Source: Octopus vulgaris
Taxonomy: Eukaryota
Direction: 5' to 3'
Assembly (NCBI GenBank): GCA_951406725.2
Contig: OX597814.1
Span: 54,064,001 to 54,128,000 of the forward strand
Length of the DNA stretch: 64,000 nt
This document shows, one piece after another, positions 53,521 through 64,000 of the stretch. The notes under the pieces were generated by a model that saw only the letters and a program-made list of their open reading frames with translations, made no database searches and was not told the DNA's origin. A program made the position numbers and the translations under genes. Numbering within the stretch: position 1 is the stretch's first letter; every line of letters starts with the position of its first letter.

Positions 53521-54541
53521 TGATGATGACCCGCAGAGAGGAAGAGATTATCCCGTTTTCTTCCAGTGACTCCCATTGTCCCACCATCACTTATTACACA
53601 GAAATCAACACCATTTGTGGTGAGTGTCCACTGTACTACGGAATTACTATATGTTTATCTATTCCCCTGATGCATATCTCTTCAAATGTTTGTGTATACA
53701 TATTGTACTGCGAGTGTTAAAAAGAATATTTTCATGTCGAAAAAGTGGTTGTACTGTGTTTTCCCTCTCCAAAAAATTCTTCGGAATGATTCTTAATTTA
53801 TAACATGGAAATCGATGGAAAATAGGTTTCGCGTCAAATAGGCTACTGCAAAATTTGCAGGAACGCAGAAATCCATTATGCAAGGGATGTCTGTAGGTGA
53901 TAGTGGAATGATGAACACACACACACTGAATGTGAAATAAGGACGTGTTTACACAAACGTACATACACTTGGCATGCATACAAACAGTAAAAACAAGCCA
54001 ACACTTGCTTAAGCTGCTTGAAATAGCAGCCGAAAACTCCCTCAGATCATATTCTTCTGCTTTAAAAAAGAAAGAGAAATTGGATAATAGAAAGTTAGAA
54101 GAATTAAACCTGGAAAAAGGGAGATATGATCATACCAAGAATAATTTTGATAAGATATTTACTTGGTGAGGGTTAACTAGGAACTAAACGATAAGCACTT
54201 CTGAAGGGTACGTGGTCGAGCGAGTGTGTGTGTGTTCCCAGGTCAACTCTGATCGAGCAGAACTATAATCAAATGCATTCAAACCGTGACCACTACGTAT
54301 TTTAAGAAGTATGTTTAGGACTCTATTGTCCAATGTGTCCTTTAAACGGGGAGGGTATGATTTGTAGGAGATTTAGCTGCTACTTTTAATAGGTCGAGCG
54401 AACAGGTGTGGTGTAATGGTTGTGTGCTTGACACACACAGGAAGAAAAAAATCTAAAAAAAACAAATGCAGAAAAAAGTAGAAGCTCAGTTTCTTTTTAT
54501 ATTATTGATAAATAGAAGATGGTGGAACGAATTTTGTTTAC

Positions 54542-54599
<58 letters not shown>

Positions 54600-55364
54600 T
54601 GAGAGAGAAGGGGGAGGGGGAAACGACCTGTATATATATATGAGAGAGAGGGAGGGGGGGAAACGACTAGAAGCACACGTGAAGATAAACAGACATAGAA
54701 GAGAAGCTAAAGAACAAGAGACAGATAGTGAGTCAAAGCAACACATACATTCTCTCTCTCTCTCTCTTTCTCCCCCCTTCATCCGGTATTTACGTCCTAT
54801 TTATAGATAAAAGAATCTCTTATCAATTAACCATTATTGTGAAGAACGTATTTCAAAACAAAAGCCCAGTTTAACCCCCGCGATGGACCCTATCCTAATC
54901 ACATCGTGCCCATTTTAAACAATAATTCTTGTCTGTCCAAGAAAAGGATTCCAACTGAATATATAGGCAAAAAAAAGACGTTTCATTATGTGGTCACTTA
55001 AATCATTTGAGAATGTATGATGGAAAGAAAAACTGACTATCATAGCAGTATTTAGATTTACGATATAGCTGAGTTAGAATTATAAATCTAACTAAAAGAA
55101 ATCGATAAATTTTCTTAAATATAACCCTGCCAAGTCTCATGTCGATTGGTGGTGGTCGCAACGGTTAGAGCAGTCAGGCCAAAATAAAAATAAAAAACGA
55201 AAGAGAAAAAGGCCACCCACCTGTCCGTGTGTGCCTTGAGAACTGAGAACTGCTGTTGGAGAATAGTTGAAACACTTGTATGTGTGTGATTATAGCAGTC
55301 CTACTACAGCTACAACTTGTAGTAATATCACGACTACTAATAATAACGGTGAATAAATATTGGT

Positions 55365-55620
55365 TGTGATGATAGTAGTAGTAGTAGTAGTAGTAGTTGT
55401 AGTAGAAATAGTGATTTTTTTAGCAACGCCTTGTAGCTGCGTAGGTGGTACTGCAAATAGTCGTTAGATTGTGCAGCAACAGTAAACGTAGTAGTAGTAG
55501 TAGTAACAATGACGGTGACTATAAACAGCGTAGGTGGTAATAGTAACCGTAGGGGGTACTCATAGCAATATTATGAGTAGTAGCGCCAATAGTAGTAGCA
55601 GAAGTAGTAGTAACAATAAT
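55365..55620. repeat. Degenerate (AGT)n microsatellite region
   Basis: Runs of AGTAGTAGT interspersed with variants. Confidence 0.85.
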
Positions 55621-56811
55621 GTTTTCTAATACAGGCACACAGGCTGAAATCTGGAGGAGGGGAATAGACGATTAAACTAACCCTAGTATTTGACTGGTAC
55701 TTTATTTTATGAATTACCCCCACCTCCTGCTCCTGACGGATAAAAGACAAAATTGAACTCAGTGGAATTGGAACTCTAGAAGGTTAAAGAGCCAGAAGAA
55801 ATACCGCAAGGTATTTTGTCCGATGCTTAGCAATCTTAGGGATAACAGTAATGGCATAGATAATTAATAAGTTGGTGCCTGGTGGTGGTGGTTAACTGAC
55901 TACTATTTCTTTTCTGAGTGGTTGAGAAGTCCACCTCTCTATCACAGGTTTCTGAGTTTGGGGACAAGTGTCTTCTCTACAACCCAGGTCAACCAAACCT
56001 TGTTAATGAAATTGGGTAGAGAAGCAGTTGGATAGATTATTGCTAATTCAAGTCGCCAATCTTGTCACACAGTCATGCTCTGTTCTGTACATCAAGAGTA
56101 TAAGTCTATGGAATATTTGGTAGTTCTATTGAACAAATTACAGGAATCCGTGTTCAATGAAAGATGTGCGATACATTCACACACAGATATTGTACTTATC
56201 TATGTAAATAATTATACAGGGAAATGAAGCTATAGTAACAGTTGGACACGTCGGAAATAGGAAGAGTGAAATAAGAGCAGGGAATCAATAGAAATAGAAA
56301 ATAAAGAGAAATATACTATGTAAAGGAAGAAAAATGAGAGAGAAAAGTAAATAAGGAAAAAGAAAAAAAGAAAAGCAAAACCAGAATGGAAGCAGGGTAG
56401 AGAGATAGATAGAGAGAGATGAGAGAAAAGAGAAGATAGTGAAGGAAGAAAGTCGAGAGAATGACAGTGGGGATGGTGGAATGTTACATCATTTTAGAGA
56501 TAAAATACTGCAGCTGCTTGGAAGAAGAAAGGACTCTTATATGAAGTAAATTATGGTGTGTTAGAGTGAGAAGTAGAGAGATAGAGAGCAAGGTGTGGGG
56601 TGAGGTTTACAAAGAACAAACAGAATCAAAGGAGTAAAAGTAAACATTAAGAAAAAAAAAACCCCAAAAATAAAGCTTGATTTTCCAACCACATGACCAG
56701 AAGTTCTAATATTGTTATAATTACTAAGTGATGCCAACTCCTCCCAGGTAAAGTAAATCAGTTTCCATTCCTGTTTGATGGTTAGTAGTAAGAATTACTC
56801 CAAATTATACA

Positions 56812-56844
<33 letters not shown>

Positions 56845-56990
56845 AAGAAATAAGTTCAAAAATGAACAATTCAAACTTTTTGAGAGGTTCAAAAAGAGAG
56901 AAAAAATTATTTCTAATAAAGATTCATCATATTCATAAAAATCAGCCAGAGTGAGTAATAAGAATATGAAAATAGTAGGTGAAAAATATC

Positions 56991-57159
56991 GTTACAGGTA
57001 TAAATATACCATAAAGAATTATAAAAAAATGGAGGAGAAAAAGATGTTGCATCAAAATTAGATTTAATACAAATTCGGATTCATTAAATCTAATTTTGAC
57101 GCAACAACTTTTTCTCCTCTATTGTTTTCTACAATTGTTTATGGTATATTTATACCTAT

Positions 57160-57162
<3 letters not shown>
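56991..57162. repeat. Long imperfect palindrome (~78-bp arms, 14-nt loop)
   Basis: GTTACAGGTATAAATATACCATAAA...TCAAAATTAGATTTAAT / ATTAAATCTAATTTTGA...TTTATGGTATATTTATACCTATAAC. Confidence 0.92.
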
Positions 57163-57213
<51 letters not shown>

Positions 57214-57277
57214 TACATATATAGGGAGAGAGAAAGAGTGGTACAACAAAACACTAATGTGAATGTGTATAGAATAA

Positions 57278-57392
57278 TATATCAGCTGAATAAAGTTAAA
57301 ACATGGTCTGGTTTTCACGTTTTTTATTATGGTATTTTAACATTAAAAAACATGAAAACCAGACCATGTTTTAACTTTATTCAACTGATATA
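57278..57392. repeat. Palindrome (~49-bp arms)
   Basis: TATATCAGCTGAATAAAGTTAAAACATGGTCTGGTTTTCACGTTTTTTA pairs with TAAAAAACATGAAAACCAGACCATGTTTTAACTTTATTCAACTGATATA, 2 mismatches. Confidence 0.95.
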
Positions 57393-57924
57393 CGCGCGCA
57401 CACACACACACACACACAAACACATCTTGTCATTGGCTGTCCATTGCAGATTGATGATGATTGTTCTGTTCAGAAATCTCAGAACAAAATGCCTTTGGAA
57501 TGGTGAGTAAGGCAGTTGGCATCATCTCTCCACTAGACTGCATCTCTGGGCCTCCACATCAAGTACTAAGTGGTATACAAGAGATCAATGAGCATGGTCA
57601 ATGATGAGGCTACTCTGCAGTAGCTACTCACTTGCTAGTTGATGCCCAACCATTGTCTGATGGTACAGAGCCTTCTGCTTGGCCACAAAAGCCTTCAGGT
57701 CATTGGTCTAGGACTCCTCTGCCTTGTCAGTTATCCAACATCTTGCTGCTGATGTCTTCACCATATCCCTAGCACAGGAGGATAAGAGGGTTGTCAGCGC
57801 TTGCTCAAGGTGCCACCTCTGCCTTTACAACCTGACACTAATAAAAGTACTGTGTGTGTATGTGTATGTAGGTCAGTTGTCCATAAGTCAGAAAAAAAAA
57901 GCACACTCTAAAAGAAATTTTGAG

Positions 57925-58111
57925 AAGTTATATTTGTCAAGTAGTATATCTTTGTTTATAACATATAACTGTTCAGAAAGTTACCATTAGTGTAACATCT
58001 TGTTGCACTTGGCCTATATTACCAGTAAAACTAATGGTAACTTTCTGACTGGTTATATCCATAACTGACTGGTATATCCACAACAAAGGATATACTGCAT
58101 AAAATATAACT
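57925..58111. repeat. Decayed inverted repeat
   Basis: Perfect core TCAGAAAGTTACCATTAGT (57973-57991) / ACTAATGGTAACTTTCTGA (58030-58048) with patchy outer arms. Confidence 0.8.
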
Positions 58112-60908
58112 GCAAAAATGTCCCACCCATTTGTTCATGATGAACAGATATATTTTAGAGATACACAAAGAGTAAAACTGATTGAGTGAGTACTAGAGTT
58201 ATACTAGGTGAAGAGTCAACAGCATCCCATATTACCAGCACTACAATGGGTTCTATCTCATAATAGCTTGGCACACCTAACTGTAATTAGTCACTCTAAG
58301 CCAGTGATTCTCAACCTTTGCACTATTAATCTTTCACCATTTAAATGGATTTTCCAACATACCCTAACCTTGAAAAATTTGTCGACTTAATAAACCAATT
58401 TTGTTAACAATCTCATTTTCCAAGTTTCATCTCTAAACTGAGCAATATGTGTAACTGAGTAATTATGCATTTTACACTGCAGCATTTAAAAAATTTTGAA
58501 CACAACACACAAACACCCCAGTTATTACATCTGTGGAGACAGAGAGGCCTGAAAATTCAAAGTTGGAAGCCACTACCCTATTTGAAGTTGTGGCCACACA
58601 ATTCAATGAATTTTGAGATGTCATTCACATATTTGGAATGATGAACAGTTAAGCTACCAATCTAAAATCAAATTCAAACCTTACTGGAGCTACAGTGTAG
58701 TACTTCATATGCAAGGCACTATATTCTGTTAAGTTTTTGATCAATTCAAGAAAGCTATAATTTTCAGTTCAAGTAGTTGCTGTTAATAAAGCAGCCTAAC
58801 TGTAAAAAATACTAGTTCTGATTTGAACAATATATCAGTATCCCCAAACTTATAGAAAAAACATACAACAAGTATAGGTGATGGACTGGCAGACTCACCA
58901 GAGCATCAGGTAAAAATACTTGTGGCATTTGGTTATTTCCCTTTATCTTCAATGTTAAAATTCTACTGAGGTCAACTTTGTCTTTCATTCTTCCAAGGTC
59001 AATAAAATAATGTACCAATCAAGTACTGATGTTGATTTAATATTCTTATAAATTCATGCTATATGTGAATGGATTTATAACAGAAGAACAAGACATAGAT
59101 ACACAATAAAGAAAAACGGTTGCAAAAATCTCTATATAGCTTCTGACAGTACCCCACCGTGACCACAGCTTTTGGGCTGAAACACATAAAAGAATAGCTC
59201 ATAATAATGGAAAATGAAGTACTGAACTGCTTGAGTGCAAGTCTGTTTTGTAACCATGTGGGTTTGATTACACTGTATAGCACTTTTGTAATTGTCTTCT
59301 ACAACAACCCCTGATTAATGACAGTAGCCATCGTGATGGTTATGATAATGACTTATTTGGGGGACAATTACAGTGATCTCAGTATTAAAAGATCAACAAC
59401 TTGAAAGAGGAGCAGAAACAACAGATTTTCATGTGTGTGTGTGCATGCAAACTGAGATGAAAGCTTTCCCTTAAGCAACATACATATAACTTAGTCACAT
59501 ACAATAGTTATTTTTATGAACAAATTTTTAAAATTACTTTTTTAGACAAACTAAAGTTTGTCTTTTAATTATTTTTCTCTGTTGTTTGATGCCAGTGAAA
59601 AAAAAAGTAGACAAAAAAAAAAAGAAAATGAAAACTAAATTCTCAGATTAACATTCTGTACCAGAAATAAATTTACTGTTTATTTGTTCATGCATTAGCA
59701 GCACCAAAAAGGAATACTCCCACCCAGTTAACAGGAAGACAAACTTGTATACCAAAGATGAGCTTGTTTGTTTGGATTTTACACAAAAAGAAAATGAAAG
59801 AAAAAAGAGTGGATGAAGAAGAGTAGTATGTTTAGTAAACTGTACCAATTACTATTGGCTTAAATTCAAGAGAAAGATCAGATCTGCTGTGAATTGTTTG
59901 TAAAAACACATCAGAAAGTAGATGTTATAAAATGGTGTATCTAGGGACTAGAATTGAGCAAAAATATAACTGAATCTGTCCTTTATTGAGGTCTTCTACA
60001 ATGCAGATTTTTGTATAAAATGCTACCATGGTTGGAACAGGTTTAACTAAAGCTATAAACAATGAAGTATTATAATTTTTGTTACCTTTAGAGTTCAGAG
60101 AAACCTGTAAGTCTCTTAGAATCATGTTTAGATCCCAGAAGCTTATCTGTGATACAGGTTTGATTCCTAGTTGAGTTACTTTGTTTCCTTTACACTTTGT
60201 AACTGCTAGCCAAAGTCTGATATGGCCCACATTTGTTAGCTTGGTCTACTATTTGTACTATAAGGAGACTGAAACCTTCAGTGGTAATCCAAGGACATTT
60301 GAAAGGTTATAGAATAATTATATTTTGAGAAACATGCCTCATATTAGAAGCAGATTAATACCAATAACAAAGTATTTGGATGTCCATAGGAGAGTGACTA
60401 ATTCTCAGAACCAAATATATATGTTTCTAGGTTGATGATATTAAAATTTTGTTTAACCCTGAGACAGCCCAAACTGTGTTCATATTTGAATTAAATTCTC
60501 AAAATCTCATAAATGAATATGATATGTGCTAGTCAACACTAGCATAAGATATAGCAATATAAATGTTGCAGATATTTTACTAAGTCCCTCAAAATTCATA
60601 ATTATATTGAAAACTAATTGAAACATTGAGTCAACTCAAAAGAAGTGTAGTCACTAAAAGGTTAAATTGCTTACTGTCTTTCTGTCAGAATCAAAATTGC
60701 ACAAACATTCAGACAACTTATTCATTAACATATAAAATCAGATCAGAAACTTATTAAAATACTTCTGAGAAATCCCTTAGAATGTTGGGTTGTTAAAACA
60801 ATAAATTTATTATTTTACAATGCATTTATTGTTTGAACAATAAACATATTGTTTTACATTAGTATCCTCCTTTTAATAACAACACAAAAGAACAATGTTA
60901 TTACCTAC

Positions 60909-61607
60909 CACTTCAATTTCTGTTTTAGTAGTTTTACCAGAACTGTCCAGATCTTTAGCATTTCCACAACTGTGACTTCTTCTTAAAGGTCGTGGTATCA
61001 TCCGATGAAAAAAACGTCTTTTCTGTTCTTTCTTGCGGCCATCATGGCTCTTCTCCATTTTGGAGACTTGTGATTGTGGATTTTCTGAAGAATCCGGATC
61101 ATCCGAACATGAGTCGGTAAAGTGCACACAATGAACAGATCCAGCACACGCCGTTATGGTGGTGGAATCTCTACACAAATACTGTCCGTTTCTGGAGATA
61201 TCTTTGTCTAGTACAGAGTCAACTGAGATCTCTATAGTTGACTCATAATTTATTTCTCCACTTTTTGTTTTATGGTGATTTACTAATGTCCGATGTTTAG
61301 CTTTCCTTTTCTCCTGACAAACACATGCTTTTTTATCGTTGTGTAAGATGACTTTTCTTGGTAAATGTTCTGATGAAGAACCAATATGACATTTGTTGAG
61401 TAATTCACCTGAAATAATTGATGGTTCCAATGGGACAGATGTCTGACTAGTTGTTGTAACTTGTTGAGACCAACTTGAAGAAGCTGTGGTATTTTTATTA
61501 TTGTATATTTGGGGGTTCATTAACTGTCTTATGAAATATTCCAATTCATTCTCTGTCCAACCTTTTGATCCAGAATTTGAAGATGATGAATCCTCCAGAT
61601 GGACACC
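60909..61607 (-). CDS. RGS3-like large internal exon (Ser/Thr-rich, 233 aa)
   Basis: 699-nt open frame GVHLEDSSSS...RRFFHRMIPRPLRRSHSCG...TEIEV between an AAG acceptor and a GTAGGT donor. Phase 0 joins the exon at 41646; the link across the 19-kb intron is inferred. Confidence 0.72.
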
Positions 61608-62329
61608 CTTTAAATAGAATTAAAAAAAAAAATTAATTTGATTACATTATGTAGAAATAAAATTTTACTGACACTTAAAAATAAATATTTTTACAGTAAT
61701 TAATATTTAATCAGGATGTATATAGTTGAATATATCAATAAACTCAAAGTGAAGACATTTGTACCATCTGAAATACAACTGAAATTTGAATGTGTTCCAT
61801 TTAAGCAGTTGAGAAAGAATTTCAAAGTTAAATTGACAAGAATTGATTTGGTACAGAAATCATAGGAATGCATGTTTTTCAGATTCTATATTGCAGGTAA
61901 AAACTAAAAAATTAAAAGAAAAAAAAAATCTGTTTTGGCAACCAGGTAAAGACTAGTAACCACTGCAGAGTGTTTTGAAACACAATGGATTTTGTTTCAT
62001 AATTATTGGTGTTTATGATGATATAAAGAGTAAAAAGTAACAGCTGTAGGTCAGAATAAACAAGCTAATTGTACGTCCAGTTAATACAGGCCCTTTTAAT
62101 AATTCCACATTTGAACTCTATTGAGCTGAGAGCCTTACCATGAATATCTTTCACAAGTTTCTGACTTTGTCCACTACTAAATAAGTGCATGACTTGTGAT
62201 GACTTTTGCATGAATAAAAAAGATGCTAGTGAATTGCATAAAATGTGGAATTAGTTACAATTGTTTCATATTCAAATTTGCTTACCAGAGGCCCAAATCT
62301 CTCTACCTTCAACCTATCTGTGCTGTCCA

Positions 62330-62760
62330 GGCTATACCCTGAATTTTAACGTAGCTCTGAAATGTAGTGTCTGTAAATATATAGAATTCTCTATGCACTA
62401 TTCACTTCTCTCATCTGGACTTCAATTACCAATGAGCTCTAGCCACTTTGATTTAGACATCTCTGATTCAGATATCCCCCCCAAACACCCAATCCATATC
62501 AAGCTATTTGACAATCTCACTTTGTACACTGATGACACCTACCTCACATTACCAATCCCACCCAGTGTGATGACTCAATCGTACTTGGGGAATTCAATGT
62601 ATATAATTCCTCCGGGCCCTCACACTCCTTCCATACCAACATTGCTGGCACAGAGGCTGAATTGTTTATCATTTTGAACTGTCTGCACCATTTAATATCC
62701 ATATCTCTGATAGACATACCAACACACAAAATACCATTGATCTTTTTATTACCTTCATAC
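62330..62760 (+). mobile_element. Possible Penelope-like RT remnant
   Basis: LDIS...IHIK..D motif and pyrimidine-rich composition; very decayed. Confidence 0.3.
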
Positions 62761-63122
62761 ACATGCTTTATTCATGTATTACTAGCTTTGCACTCATTGG
62801 ATTGTCCAATCACTGTTTAATAACAGCAACATACTGCACATCCTTCTACTGTACAACACTCAAACTCTTTTAATGTTTAGACTTGCTAACTGGTCAGAGT
62901 TCCTCCAGTTCTATGCAGACAATCCCTGGCAGCAAATGTGTTTCATACTCAACCCATTTAAGACAACTAAGTGCTTGACTGAAACTATTCTCTGAAGTTT
63001 GTCCAAATCCCCAAATAGTATTTAATTGCTCAGTTTAATACAACAACCTGAACTGTGGTGCTTTTAGCAGTGACAGAGATCTTCTCTCCCTCTGTTACAC
63101 CAGTCTTGGAGGTCTTGTAAAG

Positions 63123-63348
63123 CAGGGATCCTCTGTCACAGGGCTATGGATCATTTGGTACTGGGCCACAAAGAAGAATAAATTTGTAAATTTTATTTCC
63201 ATTTTATTGACTATCACAATTTTCAAAGTGTTTTTGTATTATATATGTAATAATTTATTGGGTTTTGTTATGAATGTGATACCCTGTCTGTTGAGAAACT
63301 GTCTTGCATGAAACTTGTCTGTGGTGCAAAAATGGTTGGGGTCTGCTG
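63123..63348. mobile_element. hAT-type MITE
   Basis: CAGGGATCC...GGTTGGGGTCTGCTG termini with similar 8-bp flanks (TTGTAAAG / CTATAAAG). Confidence 0.5.
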
Positions 63349-64000
63349 CTATAAAGGGTTCATGGGCACTACCTTTCCTCCGTACTATAATAATAATCGA
63401 CCCAACATTCAACTGGTACTTATTTTATCAACCCTGAAAGGATGAAAGGCAAAGTCGACCTTGGTGGAATTTGAACTCATAATGTAAAAGCAGATGAAAA
63501 GCTAAGTCTTTTGTCCAGTGTGCTAACAACTCTCAGTTTACAGCCTTAATAACAACAACAACAAATATTTTCAAAAATGGTGTTGTGTTGCAACAGAACA
63601 TATAAAGAACACTGTCTGCAATTTCCCCGCCACCATAAAACCTGCAAAACTACCATCAGAAATGCAAGAGGATGCTTTTGTGTATTGCATAGCAGACAAA
63701 ATGAGGTAAGCAAGATTATAAACGTTGCCTTGAGGCACAGTAGTATGAATCATTACATATTACATATGCCACTCAGACAGGGGACTGAGGCAGTCATCTT
63801 GATAGTAATATCTGGTGAAATTCACTGTTTGTGTTTTGAAATTAACTTAAAAAAACAAACAAACAAACAAAAAAAAAACTGAGAAATTTGGTGATTTAAT
63901 AAGGAAACCGAATCAAAATAAAATTGGTGTTTGAAACATAACAAAAGGGACTTATGTATACAAAATTATGATGGGATTATATGAATACTTTAACAAGAAA

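Noticed and set aside
53659-53979. 106-aa minus-strand ORF as an alternative RGS first exon
   Set aside because: Ends in a stop without a suitable in-frame donor, and abuts a Tigger remnant.

Overview
AT-rich, microsatellite- and transposon-dense eukaryotic DNA. The repeat repertoire (tRNA-derived SINEs, RTE LINEs, long (TA)n/(CA)n tracts) suggests a coleoid cephalopod such as Octopus; this is an inference. Two convergent spliced genes were reconstructed by hand. (1) Complete proteasome subunit alpha type-7 (PSMA7/alpha4) on +, 6 coding exons, join(2090..2191,4568..4694,8715..8839,11000..11122,13553..13735,23096..23185), 249 aa. (2) The 3' part of an R4/RGS3-like regulator of G-protein signalling on -, 5 visible exons (61607..60909, 41646..41522, 40488..40349, 39466..39303, 37675..37502), 433 aa, start not found in the window. 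The rest is mostly decayed mobile DNA: maT, Tc1, mariner, pogo/Tigger, hAT, piggyBac, RTE LINEs, Penelope and Gypsy fragments, MITEs and SINEs. Most notable: a small repeat family carrying a minimal type-I hammerhead ribozyme with a covarying helix-I pair; an 8.2 kb piggyBac scaffold filled with nested elements that makes up most of PSMA7 intron 5; several long palindromes in introns; a candidate restorative A-to-I recoding site in PSMA7; a candidate CNC/Nrf ARE in the PSMA7 promoter; and an atypical Galpha-contact loop in the RGS domain. Most ORFs in the supplied track are microsatellite or TE noise.
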